Virus record (IMG/VR): IMGVR_UViG_3300045919_000118 | Coordinates: 966-64,965 of that record | DNA: 64,000 nucleotides | Reading direction: 5' to 3' (one strand) | Origin: a virus | Taxonomy: Duplodnaviria; Caudoviricetes | In this document: piece after piece, positions 10,189 through 19,852 of the stretch | Numbering within the stretch: the stretch's first letter is position 1 | Layout: each line of letters starts with the position of its first letter | Translations under genes and position numbers: made by a program | The notes under the pieces: model-generated | Told to the model about the DNA's origin: nothing | The model's database searches: none | What the model saw: only the letters and a program-made list of their open reading frames with translations

Positions 10189-10751
10189 GCAAGAAGAAGG
10201 CTCCAGCAGCCATAAAGCTGGACATCGGCTGCGGCCCCAATCCCAGGGAGGGTTTCGATGGGGTGGACTGCATTAAGTTTCCAGCAGTTAAATATGTGGT
10301 CAAACTTGGCAGTCGGCCTTTGCCTTTTGCTGCTAACACCGTGGACGAGGTGTCCTCGTCGCACTTCCTCGAACACCTCACGCAGGAAGAGCGCTGCTTC
10401 TTCCTGAACGACCTGTACCGAGTGCTGAAGCCGGGGGCCACAGCCACCATCGTCGTCCCGCACTGGGCCTCCAATCGAGCCTACGGCGATCCTACACACA
10501 AGTGGCCAGCAATCTCGGAGATGTTCTTCTGGTATCTGGACCGGAAGTGGCGGGCCGACAATGCCCCACACACTGACGCCAAGCACTGGAAGCAGGGCTA
10601 TGATTGCGATTTCGAGTTCACTTACGTGTACAGCGTGCACCCTCAGATCGCGTTAAAGTCTGACGAGGCCAAGCAGTACGCTGTGAGCTTCTACAAGGAG
10701 GCCTGCCAGGACATTCAAGCTACGCTGAAGCCACGCAAAAAGGTGCCATGA
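10182..10751 (+). CDS. Class I SAM-dependent methyltransferase (type 11-like)
   Basis: LDIGCG motif I, SHFLEHL, LYRVLKPG, AYGDPTH. Confidence 0.85.
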   Translation: MVSKKKAPAAIKLDIGCGPNPREGFDGVDCIKFPAVKYVVKLGSRPLPFAANTVDEVSSSHFLEHLTQEERCFFLNDLYRVLKPGATATIVVPHWASNRAYGDPTHKWPAISEMFFWYLDRKWRADNAPHTDAKHWKQGYDCDFEFTYVYSVHPQIALKSDEAKQYAVSFYKEACQDIQATLKPRKKVP

Positions 10752-10963
10752 CCTACGAGCATGCAGACGCAAACGATGTGGCGGTCCACGCCCATCACGA
10801 TGAGCACCAGGACTTCGGCACCGTAACGCCGAAGCCGGTGGTTGTCCGCGTTCGTGCCCTGGTCTTGCAGATTGCCTGCCGCCGTACGAAAGCCGTGCCT
10901 ATCAAAGCCCAGGACTGGTCCAACTGGTCCTGGGCGAACGCGCCTCCGCGGAGGGCTGCGTAA
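10748..10963 (+). CDS. Hypothetical protein
   Basis: 71 aa, coupled to both neighbours. Confidence 0.45.
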   Translation: MTYEHADANDVAVHAHHDEHQDFGTVTPKPVVVRVRALVLQIACRRTKAVPIKAQDWSNWSWANAPPRRAA

Positions 10964-13582
10964 ATGTCATTCCAAGTACGCGCGTTCCAGAACACCGCGT
11001 TCTCTCAAGGCCAGGGCATCCTTGACCCTATCGGTCAGGTAGATGCGGCCGACCAGGTCACCACCGACCTCCAGTATCTCCTCGATGCCTACCACGACGT
11101 AGGCACAATAGACATTGCAGCCCAGTTCGAGACTGACGCCCAGCTCAATCAAGAGGATGGGGCGGATCAGGTCGTTCGCGACAGTTACGATGCTAACGCG
11201 GCTTACCACGACGTAGGCACCACCGAGCTTGCACCGCTCTCGGAGGACTTTGGTTGCGTCTCCCCGGTCGTTCTAGGAGGCCCCAGAGCTTCACAGTGGG
11301 CTGGCACCACGGCATGGACGCTCGACCTTCCAGTCACAGCAAACGCTGGCGATCTCATTCTGGCGTTCTACACGGGGACGCCGAATGACCTCAGTTTAGG
11401 TACAGACTTTACTGAGTGGGCTGTCAACTGGCCACTGGGGTCAGCCGGTGGCATGGCCGTCGGTTACAAAATCGCCGTTGGTGGGGAGCTCGCCCTCAAC
11501 GGGAGCTCGCTGAACCCGGTATCCGGTTGCAGTCTCGTCTACGTGATCGCTGCTAACACGTACGACTTTTCACGCGCGTCGATTTCGACGTTTGCGTCGG
11601 CGACATCTACCAGCGCCGATCCTCCGTCGCTGACAATCCAGCGCGACAAGGCGCTGTGGTTCTCGGCGATCACGAGAGTTGGAGCGGCAGCCACGCTGCC
11701 ACCGACGAATTTCGAACTCCTTCGTGGCAGCACCAACAGCCCTATTGGCAACGCCAGGGTCGACACGGCTGCGGCGTTCCAGGACGTCGCAACAAGCGAC
11801 CCAGGGCCTTGGACACTACCTGCTTCCGTCGCCTGGCAGGCCGTCACAGTCGCCATTGTCGGAGTATGCCCTCCGCTTCCGACGATCACGTCGCCGGATG
11901 ATCCGACGTATGGCTACGACCTGGACACAGACTTCAGCTCGCAAACCGACCCGCTGTCGGACGACGCTGCCGCGGTAGTTCTTGACGACATTCCGTTCAT
12001 CGAAGATTACAGCGCCGCCGACGATACAGACTACGCCGATTACTCGTCGCAGACTGACCAGCTTGCTGATGATTTTGCTGACGTTCCCGTTGAGGTGGAG
12101 GACTACAGCACCGTCGACGACACGGACTACGCTGACTATGGGGCATTCGTGCCCATCCTGGCCGACGATCTGCCTGAAGACTTTGTGCTTGGCGACGGCA
12201 GGGGTCTGGACGATCAGGACTTTACAGACCTCTCCGACTACTCTGACTTTGTCGCAGCCCTGTCTGAAGACCCGGCGCAGGATGGTCTTCTTGGAATCGA
12301 AGATTACAGCACCGTCGACGACGTCGATTATGCCGACTACAGCGTGTCGGTTGCGCCACTTTCGGACGATCTGCCAGAGGACTTCATTCTCGGCATCGAG
12401 GACTACTCCTGGGCGGATGACACCGACTACACAGACTACAGTGTCCAGACAGACCCGCTGTCTGACGACGCTGTTGCAGTGGACTACCCGCCGTTCATCG
12501 AGGACTACTCGACCACAGATGACACGGACTACACGGACTACTCTGGTCAGACTGACCCGCTGTCGGACGACTTCCCCGAGGACTTCCAGCTCGGAGTAGG
12601 AACCGCTGTCGACGACCAGGACTTCACTGACTACGCGGACTACTCAAGCCAGGTTGACCAGCTATCAGAGGACATCGCGGATTCAGTCGCCATCCTGGAA
12701 GATTACTCCACCGTCGACGACACGGACTACGCTGACTACTCCGGCCAGGTCGACCCACTCGCCGACGACTTCCCAGAGGACTTCATCCTTGGTGATGGCA
12801 AAGGCCTGGATGACCAGGACTTCACGGACCTGGTGGATTACTCCTCGCAGGTTGACCCGCTGTCGGATGACCTGCCGCAGGACTTCGCCCTGGGCGACGG
12901 GAAGGGCCTGGATGACCAGGACTTCACGGACCTGGCTGACTATTCCGATGCCATCAATCCGCTGTCGGATGACCTCCCAGAGAACTTCATCCTGGGGGTC
13001 GAAGACTATCGGAACGTCGACGATGCGGACTATGCCGACTACAGCAGCTCATTTGAGCCGCTGCCGGATGACTTCGTCGCGCCGCAGGACTTCATCATTC
13101 CGGCGGAGGACTACTCCAACGTCGATGACGTCGACTATGCGGACTACAGCTCGTTCACGCCGCCGCTGAGCGATAGTAATCTCGCGACGCTCACAGCAAC
13201 GGCTTCGATCACGATGCCGCTGCTCGCTGTCACCGCGACCGGGCTTTATGGGATAGCCACGCTCAACAAGAAGCGCATCCTGCCGCCGCGCAAGCATGCC
13301 AGCCTGGTGTCGTCGAAGCAGAAGTTGCCGACGGACAGCCTGGCCATGATGCAGTCTGTCAATGACGCGCTCACCGGGACCACGACCCAGAAAATGGTGT
13401 CGGGGGCCATGTCCAACGTCTCACAGATCAGTCTTGGTGGGCTCCAGGTGTACGTCGGCAGCGGCGTGCCGCAGTTCGCGGCTGAGCCTGGTTCGATGTA
13501 CCTGAACATCAGCGGCGGCGCTGGGGGCACGATGTACGTGAAGGAGTCCTTGGCCAAGTCTACCGTGTGGGTTGCAAAGTAG
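10964..13582 (+). CDS. 872-aa acidic-repeat virion protein with C-terminal tail-needle/knob-like domain
   Basis: AFQNTAF N-terminus, beta-sandwich segment, 13 Asp/Tyr-rich repeats, C-terminal GSGVP...GSMYL...GG.GGTMYVKES...WVAK motif. Confidence 0.7.
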   Translation: MSFQVRAFQNTAFSQGQGILDPIGQVDAADQVTTDLQYLLDAYHDVGTIDIAAQFETDAQLNQEDGADQVVRDSYDANAAYHDVGTTELAPLSEDFGCVSPVVLGGPRASQWAGTTAWTLDLPVTANAGDLILAFYTGTPNDLSLGTDFTEWAVNWPLGSAGGMAVGYKIAVGGELALNGSSLNPVSGCSLVYVIAANTYDFSRASISTFASATSTSADPPSLTIQRDKALWFSAITRVGAAATLPPTNFELLRGSTNSPIGNARVDTAAAFQDVATSDPGPWTLPASVAWQAVTVAIVGVCPPLPTITSPDDPTYGYDLDTDFSSQTDPLSDDAAAVVLDDIPFIEDYSAADDTDYADYSSQTDQLADDFADVPVEVEDYSTVDDTDYADYGAFVPILADDLPEDFVLGDGRGLDDQDFTDLSDYSDFVAALSEDPAQDGLLGIEDYSTVDDVDYADYSVSVAPLSDDLPEDFILGIEDYSWADDTDYTDYSVQTDPLSDDAVAVDYPPFIEDYSTTDDTDYTDYSGQTDPLSDDFPEDFQLGVGTAVDDQDFTDYADYSSQVDQLSEDIADSVAILEDYSTVDDTDYADYSGQVDPLADDFPEDFILGDGKGLDDQDFTDLVDYSSQVDPLSDDLPQDFALGDGKGLDDQDFTDLADYSDAINPLSDDLPENFILGVEDYRNVDDADYADYSSSFEPLPDDFVAPQDFIIPAEDYSNVDDVDYADYSSFTPPLSDSNLATLTATASITMPLLAVTATGLYGIATLNKKRILPPRKHASLVSSKQKLPTDSLAMMQSVNDALTGTTTQKMVSGAMSNVSQISLGGLQVYVGSGVPQFAAEPGSMYLNISGGAGGTMYVKESLAKSTVWVAK
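11897..13180 (+). repeat. 13 imperfect tandem coding repeats of ~32-35 aa (~100 bp)
   Basis: Consensus EDYSTVDDTDYADYSxQxDPLSDDxPEDF, with a second subtype DGKGLDDQDFTDLxDYS. Confidence 0.9.
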
Positions 13583-13662
13583 ATGGCCATACCTCATAGT
13601 CCCGCCCAATCTGGCATAGGAACCCGCGCCAGTAGCTCGACATCGACAGCTACGAGGTTCCT

Positions 13663-14442
13663 TTGACCCTTCCATCTTTCACGTCTCCGAAGCGCGTATT
13701 TGACGCCCAGCCGGTCAACGAGCTGTGCAACAGCCCTGACGTGCGCCCCTACCTGGGCGGCTTCCTGGACGAGCCGGTCGACCTCACGAACGTGATCTCC
13801 AACACCAACAACGTCGTCCTGGAGATGGACGGCTTCGTTGGCATCTACGTCGCGATACAGCCCGGCCTGTTCGAGGTTCACACCCAGGCATCGAAGGATG
13901 CGCGCGACGCTGGCCTGGTCCTGCCCGCGGCCAAGGCGTCGCTGGAGCATATGTTCCTCAAGACCAACTGCATCGAGGTCATCACCAGGGTGCCGAAGGC
14001 CAACAAGGCAGCGCGCGCGCTCGTCCAGGCGACCGGCTTCAAGCTCCAGTTCGAGGTCGCGCAGGGCTGGCAGGTCAACGGCGAGGTGATGCCGTGTGAC
14101 ATCTACGCGATCTCCCTGACCGACTGGCTGAACATCGGCGAGCACCTGGAGACGTACGGCAAGGAGTTCCACGAGCACGTCGTGGCCGCCTGCGAGAAGG
14201 CAGGGGTCGAACGGGCAGAGCACCCTGACGATGCTGTGCACGAGCGCATGGCCGGAGCTGCCTACATGATGATCAGGCACGGCCACGTTGGGAAGGCTGT
14301 GCTGTCCTACAACCGGTGGGCCGCGATGGCTGGCTACATGCCAATCTCACCCGTCTCGCTCACCCCCATGATCATTCACATCGGAGATATGGCTTTGCTC
14401 GTCCGCGATGACGGCAGCCTGGAGGTCGTCAAATGCCAATAG
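13663..14442 (+). CDS. GNAT-like protein (DUF2824-like) of the ejection module
   Basis: N.PDVRP, GLFEVHTQ, MF..T.C.EVITRVP..N.AA motifs; position before the gp7-like gene. Confidence 0.65.
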   Translation: MTLPSFTSPKRVFDAQPVNELCNSPDVRPYLGGFLDEPVDLTNVISNTNNVVLEMDGFVGIYVAIQPGLFEVHTQASKDARDAGLVLPAAKASLEHMFLKTNCIEVITRVPKANKAARALVQATGFKLQFEVAQGWQVNGEVMPCDIYAISLTDWLNIGEHLETYGKEFHEHVVAACEKAGVERAEHPDDAVHERMAGAAYMMIRHGHVGKAVLSYNRWAAMAGYMPISPVSLTPMIIHIGDMALLVRDDGSLEVVKCQ

Positions 14443-15176
14443 GAGCGGTAATCGGCGCGGTTGGGGCCATCGGTGGTGCGGTGATCTCCAGCAACGCGGC
14501 GAAGAAGTCGGCGAAGACGCAGGCGGCCGGAGCGGCAGCGGCGCAGGCCACCCAGCAAGCCAACCTGGCGGACATCAAGGGTCACCTTCAGCCGTACATG
14601 GATGCAGGCTCGCAGGCGCTGCCGCAGCTTACCCAGGCGATCACGGGCATCGGCAACGGCAACTCTGAGTCGATGATGGCGGCTCTTGCGAACTACCCAG
14701 GCTACCAGTTCGCGCTCAAGCAGGGGATGCAGGGCCTCAACGCCGAGGCGGCCAAGCAGGGGTCACGGCTCAGCGGCAACCAGTTGGCTGGGGCGGCAGA
14801 CTTCCTGAAGAACTCGGCGAGCTCGCTGTTCGACAAGTACCTGGGCAACCTGAGTGGCTTGACCGGGTATGGTGAGCGCGCCAACACGACGTACGCGCAG
14901 GCCGCCACCGGGACGGCGAACAACGTCAGCCAGCTCCAGGAGAACGCGGCGAACGCGCGGGCCCAGGGCCAGTCCGCCAACGGGCAAATCTGGAGCAACC
15001 TGGCGTCCAACACCCTGCCTCAACTGATCGGGGGTGTCGCAGGGGGAGGAGGCGTAATGGGGAGCAACGCATCGAGCTGGCTCAACAAGCCGATCCAGAG
15101 CCTTTGGCAGAGCAGCGCTCCGTCGGTGCAGACGTCGGGGTCGTATCAAGAGGCAGGAGGGTTCGGTCGTGGCTGA
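14433..15176 (+). CDS. DNA ejection protein (P22 gp7-like)
   Basis: Hydrophobic G/A-rich N-terminus, LQPY..AG..AL and PGYQF...QG motifs. Confidence 0.75.
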   Translation: MPIGAVIGAVGAIGGAVISSNAAKKSAKTQAAGAAAAQATQQANLADIKGHLQPYMDAGSQALPQLTQAITGIGNGNSESMMAALANYPGYQFALKQGMQGLNAEAAKQGSRLSGNQLAGAADFLKNSASSLFDKYLGNLSGLTGYGERANTTYAQAATGTANNVSQLQENAANARAQGQSANGQIWSNLASNTLPQLIGGVAGGGGVMGSNASSWLNKPIQSLWQSSAPSVQTSGSYQEAGGFGRG

Positions 15177-16614
15177 CGGTCTCGGTATTCCAGGCGGCGC
15201 GATTGCACCGACCATTCCAGGCGGCGCGTACGAGTCTGGCTACGCACAAGGCCAGATGCGTCGTGCCAACGATTTGAAGCTCCAGCAGATGCAGGCGTCA
15301 GCGGACCAGGCGACCCAGTCGCAGCAGGCCCAGGAGCTGATGCGTGCGATGGAGATCGGCAAGAGCGACCCACACCAGTGGGACTCGGCCATGACGTCCC
15401 TGGCGCAGAACGGCAACCGGGATGCGGCGGCGCTCATCGGCAAGTGGAGCCCGACCAGGGTGCCGATGATGTTGCAGTCGTATCGGGACGCCTACGACAT
15501 CGGCGTCAACAGGAACGGCGCGATCACAGACCCGACGACCCCGGACCCCGCTGCCGCCGGTTACACGCCAGGCGCAGCTCCTGCCGCTGGCAAGCCGAAG
15601 GCTGGTGGCGCTCCGGACTACGTGACCACGGCCATCGACCGCATGACGCCGGATGAGCGCATGAAAGCTGCGAAGAAGTACAACCACGTCGTCAACGCGA
15701 TGAGCGGCGTGAACAACGAGGCCGACCTCCAGGCTGTGATGGAAGACCTGCAAGGTCGTGGCTATCTCTCGCCGGAGAACGCGGAGCAGTACATGCAGGC
15801 GTTCACCGACCCCGTGAATGGCTGGAAGAACTTCCAGGACGAGTATCAGCACCAGAAGATGATCCAGGCCCACCTGATGGAGCTGAACAGCCCGGCTGCT
15901 TTCGGCATCACCCCGGTCACCGACGAGCCGACGATCAAGACCGAGTGGGACCCGAAGAACAACCAGGGTGTCGTCACGTCGATCCTACCAGGACGTGGGG
16001 CGACCTTCAGAACCAGCAGCCCATCTGGCGGCATTCCAAGCGGCGCATTCCCGGAGGGGATAAAGGACCGGCACAACGCTGAGTACCAGGAAGCGAACCA
16101 GTGGGGCCAATCCATTGCGCCAATGCTCAGCCAGAAGAACGCCATCGATTACATCCTTGCTCTTGATCCAACAGCGACAACCGGCATGGATGAAATCGGC
16201 GCGGTCTACAGCATGGTGCGCGCGCTCGACCCGACGTCGTCTGTCCGTGAAGGTGAAATCGACCTGCTCCAGACAGCTCAGTCCTACGTCCAGAAGATGA
16301 AGTCCCTCGCCGGTAATGCCAAGGCTGGCCACATCATGACCCCGGATGTCATCACGCAAATGCAGGGGGCTGCCAGGAAGCTGAAGGATATTGCAAAGCA
16401 CACATACGATTGGAAGCTCCAGCAGCAGCGTGCTCGCCTCAAGGACTATGCGCCATACATTGACCCGAAGCGGGCCATTCCCGATCTCTGGTCTGGTGAT
16501 TACAACTCGACGTCCGACCTGCCGCCGCCGCCTGTCACAGCGGCCCCGCCGAAGAAGCCGCCGCCGCGCACGCCCGGCATCGGCGCGACGCCTGTCGTGA
16601 AGGGAGTGTACTGA
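15169..16614 (+). CDS. DNA ejection protein (gp20-like position)
   Basis: Q/A-rich helical protein with LDPTSSVREGE motif. Confidence 0.65.
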   Translation: MADGLGIPGGAIAPTIPGGAYESGYAQGQMRRANDLKLQQMQASADQATQSQQAQELMRAMEIGKSDPHQWDSAMTSLAQNGNRDAAALIGKWSPTRVPMMLQSYRDAYDIGVNRNGAITDPTTPDPAAAGYTPGAAPAAGKPKAGGAPDYVTTAIDRMTPDERMKAAKKYNHVVNAMSGVNNEADLQAVMEDLQGRGYLSPENAEQYMQAFTDPVNGWKNFQDEYQHQKMIQAHLMELNSPAAFGITPVTDEPTIKTEWDPKNNQGVVTSILPGRGATFRTSSPSGGIPSGAFPEGIKDRHNAEYQEANQWGQSIAPMLSQKNAIDYILALDPTATTGMDEIGAVYSMVRALDPTSSVREGEIDLLQTAQSYVQKMKSLAGNAKAGHIMTPDVITQMQGAARKLKDIAKHTYDWKLQQQRARLKDYAPYIDPKRAIPDLWSGDYNSTSDLPPPPVTAAPPKKPPPRTPGIGATPVVKGVY

Positions 16615-19178
16615 TGGCTGGGCAACGGTTCCTTGGCTACAAGACCAAGGAAGGCTTCACCGTCTATTACCCCGCAGACATTCCGCAGGATAAGGCCGCG
16701 GCCGACATCCAGCGCAGGCGCGCGTCAGGTACGCTTCAGCCGGAGCCCGATCCGACGGGCACACGAGGCCCCGATGTAGCAGGAGGCCTGGGTGAGCTCA
16801 CGAGCAGAGGAGGTGAGCCGACGTACACGCCTGGCGGCTCCCTGGAGATCAACCTCCAGCCCACGCCTACGCGCACGCAGTTCGAAGAGGCTCCGGCCCA
16901 GCCATCGTCATACGAGGAGGCACAGTCAGGCCCGCCCATCGGTGTGCTGACCGGCAACGCGCAGCCAAAGCTGGCTGGCAATGACCTGGCTGCTGGCCGC
17001 CTCGTGGAAGGCATGCAGGGGGTTGGGTTCGACTTCGGTGATGAGGCGCTGGGCGCTGGCGCGGCGACGCTCGACACCCTGACGGGGTCTGAGCCTGGTC
17101 GGCCGATTGGTGCTGGCCCTGCCCCTGGTCAGCAGCCGCAGACCTGGACATCGAAGTACGACTACTACCGCGACCGGGCCCGCGACCTCGACGCCAGGAT
17201 GCTCTCCGAGCGACCGGCGGAATCCTACGGTGCCCGCATCGGCGGCGCGATGGCGACGGGCATTGCGACCCTTCCCAAGCTCAGCCTGGCAGCGATCAGG
17301 CGTGTGGCTCCTGAGATGGCGGAGCGCCTGGCTGCGAAGAAGATTGCGCCGAAGGTCGCCGCTGGTGGTGCGATGACGACGGAGGCCGTCGCCACGCTTG
17401 GCGACAAGATGGTCGACGGAGCTGTTCAGGGCATGATGGGCGGCGGCCTGGCTGGCTTTGGTGCTGGCGGTTCCAGCGATCCGGAGTCTGATCTCATCGA
17501 CTCCACGGCAGAGCGCCTGGGTGGCGCTGGGCTCGGGGCTCTGACCGGGGCTGGCCTTGGAGCCGTGATCCCACCTGCCGCCTCCACGATTGCAGCAGGA
17601 GGCCGCTGGCTCGGCACGACAATAGCTCCAGGGCTCTTCAATCCGGAAAAGCAAGCGGCACGAGTGTTCGCGTCAGGGATCGGAGACGACCTGGCTGTGT
17701 CGCCTCAGATGGGTCCGAACGCGCCTGGACCGGCGGCGCAGATGGCAGGGCCTGGCGGCAACGCGATCAACGACCTGACATTCTCGGACGTGTCACCGAA
17801 CGCGCGCGACATGCTTGGATCAGTGGCTCGTGCTGGTGGCCAGGGTGGCAAGCGCGCCAAGGACTTCCTGGAGTCACGGCAGCTTGGTGACCCGATGCAG
17901 GGGGAGGCTGGTGGCGGGCAGTGGACGCAGTCGCTTCGGCACATCCGCGAGGCTGTCAGCGCTGCGAACACCCACGATCTGATCCGCTCTATATCCGAAA
18001 CCCTCTCGCGTACTGCGAAGCCGCTCTATGATAAAGCTCGGGCTTGGCCCTCCCCGAACAGTCCTGAAGCTGCTGAGCTTCTCCGCAACCCACGCATAAA
18101 GGCTGCGATCAAGGAAGGCATCCAGGTTGCCAAGGACTTTGGCGAGCTGCCTGCGAACTTCAAGGTTCCGAATGCTGAGCATCCGGATGCCACGGTGCCG
18201 ATCCAGGTCTGGCACGTTGCGAAGATGGGCCTCGACGTGATGATCGAGCGCGCGGCCAAGAAGAGCGGGATGAAGGCTGCGTCCATCAAGGCGCTGCAAG
18301 GCCGCCTGCTTGACATGCTGGACACCGCGACCGGTGGCCACCCTGGGCAACCTGGCGACTACACGATTGCGCGGAACACTTATGCAGGCATCGCAAAGCT
18401 GCGCGAAGCGGTTCAGACAGGTGCGGACATATTCAAGGGTTCGCTTCAGGACGTTCGCTCTCATATCGCAAAACTCTCTGGTCCGGAGCGGCAACTGTAC
18501 ATTGCCGGTGTGGCTCAAGCGCTTGAGCAGAAGGTAGTTGGAAAGGTCATCGGCGGCGACAGCGCGCGAATCTTTTTCAACACGCCAGATGTGCAGATGC
18601 GCCTTGGCGCGGCCTTCACTCCACAGCAGTACAAGGAGTTCATCGGCCGCATGGTGGCCGAGAGCAACAAGTTCAAATCCTTCATGGAGCTCGGCAACTC
18701 TGCGACGGCTGAGCGTACGGCGAAGGACGCGGCGCTGGAAGAGACGATCACCAACGGCGGCACGGCCGAGAGCATCGTGGCTGCGGCGCGTGGTGGGCCG
18801 AACGGCCTCTACCATGCACTGACCGGATGGCTCGGTCGGACGCTGGCAACGAACAAGCCAGGTGGTCTACACGATGCTGTCCGCAACGAGCTGTCGAAGA
18901 TGTTGACCGAAACCGATCCGAAGAAGCAGCAGGTCTACGCGGACATGATCTTCGCCGCGGCCAACCGAGTCATCGGTCGTCAGCGTGCTGGCCGCCTTGT
19001 GCGCCAGGGCATGCAGTCCGCCGGTCGCGGCGCGGTGTCAGCGTATGGTGCTGACGTCAACCCAGACATGAGCAGAGTGCCGCCAAAGGGTTTCAAGCAG
19101 CACAGCGACGGAGCCTGGTACGGCAAGAACCCGAAGGTTCCTGGCGGCTACCTGAAGTGGACGCCTGACAAACGATAG
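16614..19178 (+). CDS. DNA ejection protein (gp16-like position)
   Basis: QG..FDFGDE, G/A-rich hydrophobic stretches, AKPLYDKA and GNSATAER motifs. Confidence 0.7.
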   Translation: MAGQRFLGYKTKEGFTVYYPADIPQDKAAADIQRRRASGTLQPEPDPTGTRGPDVAGGLGELTSRGGEPTYTPGGSLEINLQPTPTRTQFEEAPAQPSSYEEAQSGPPIGVLTGNAQPKLAGNDLAAGRLVEGMQGVGFDFGDEALGAGAATLDTLTGSEPGRPIGAGPAPGQQPQTWTSKYDYYRDRARDLDARMLSERPAESYGARIGGAMATGIATLPKLSLAAIRRVAPEMAERLAAKKIAPKVAAGGAMTTEAVATLGDKMVDGAVQGMMGGGLAGFGAGGSSDPESDLIDSTAERLGGAGLGALTGAGLGAVIPPAASTIAAGGRWLGTTIAPGLFNPEKQAARVFASGIGDDLAVSPQMGPNAPGPAAQMAGPGGNAINDLTFSDVSPNARDMLGSVARAGGQGGKRAKDFLESRQLGDPMQGEAGGGQWTQSLRHIREAVSAANTHDLIRSISETLSRTAKPLYDKARAWPSPNSPEAAELLRNPRIKAAIKEGIQVAKDFGELPANFKVPNAEHPDATVPIQVWHVAKMGLDVMIERAAKKSGMKAASIKALQGRLLDMLDTATGGHPGQPGDYTIARNTYAGIAKLREAVQTGADIFKGSLQDVRSHIAKLSGPERQLYIAGVAQALEQKVVGKVIGGDSARIFFNTPDVQMRLGAAFTPQQYKEFIGRMVAESNKFKSFMELGNSATAERTAKDAALEETITNGGTAESIVAAARGGPNGLYHALTGWLGRTLATNKPGGLHDAVRNELSKMLTETDPKKQQVYADMIFAAANRVIGRQRAGRLVRQGMQSAGRGAVSAYGADVNPDMSRVPPKGFKQHSDGAWYGKNPKVPGGYLKWTPDKR

Positions 19179-19187
19179 AGGTGGCAC

Positions 19188-19847
19188 ATGCCCATTGAAG
19201 CAGTCGACTTCCTTCCTGCCGGGTTGCAGTTCGATGATCCCGATGAATCGGTGGTCTTGCCGCTCCGTCGGCCGCCTGCGCCCATGCCGTACTCGCAGCC
19301 GATCCAGCGGCCTGCGATCCAGAACTACTCGTCACCACCGATCCCGCGCTACACTCCGCCTTCTGGCCGTGTGTCGTATGGCCCGTCGCCGGTTCAGCAG
19401 CAGCCTGGCCTCGATGCCCCCCTCGACGAAGGGGCTTGGCGGCAGGACCAGCGCTACAAGCAGACGGCGCAGTCGATGGCCGACAGGGGCAGGCACATCC
19501 AGGCAGGTCAGTATCTTGATCAGAAGCTGGGGCAGCTCGGCCCGAACGATCCGGAGCGCAGCGTCTACAACTACCTGAAGGCGCTGCACACCTACTCCGG
19601 CGACATGAGCAACCTGATCGCCCAGAACCGTCCGCGCCAACGTCCGATGCTTCCGATGGAGGAGCCGATGGAAGATCAGCTCCGCAAGGGCTACACCCCG
19701 TCCAACCAGGAAGCGAACTGGACGGGTGAGGGCGGCATGAACCGACCGATCACCGGCACCAACGCACCGGCACCAGGCACCCGCGTCGGCGGCTATGTCT
19801 TCATGGGCGGCAATCCTCGCGACAAGAACAACTGGCAACAGCGGTAG
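19188..19847 (+). CDS. Additional ejection-type protein
   Basis: Pro/Gln-rich; C-terminal PAPGTRVGGYVFMGGNPRDKNNW motif typical of ejection-protein ends. Confidence 0.55.
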   Translation: MPIEAVDFLPAGLQFDDPDESVVLPLRRPPAPMPYSQPIQRPAIQNYSSPPIPRYTPPSGRVSYGPSPVQQQPGLDAPLDEGAWRQDQRYKQTAQSMADRGRHIQAGQYLDQKLGQLGPNDPERSVYNYLKALHTYSGDMSNLIAQNRPRQRPMLPMEEPMEDQLRKGYTPSNQEANWTGEGGMNRPITGTNAPAPGTRVGGYVFMGGNPRDKNNWQQR

Positions 19848-19852
19848 GCACA

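Noticed and set aside
11897-13180. Possible CRISPR-like or non-coding repeat array
   Set aside because: Repeats are in frame, degenerate at synonymous positions and lack identical direct repeats with unique spacers; no cas genes seen
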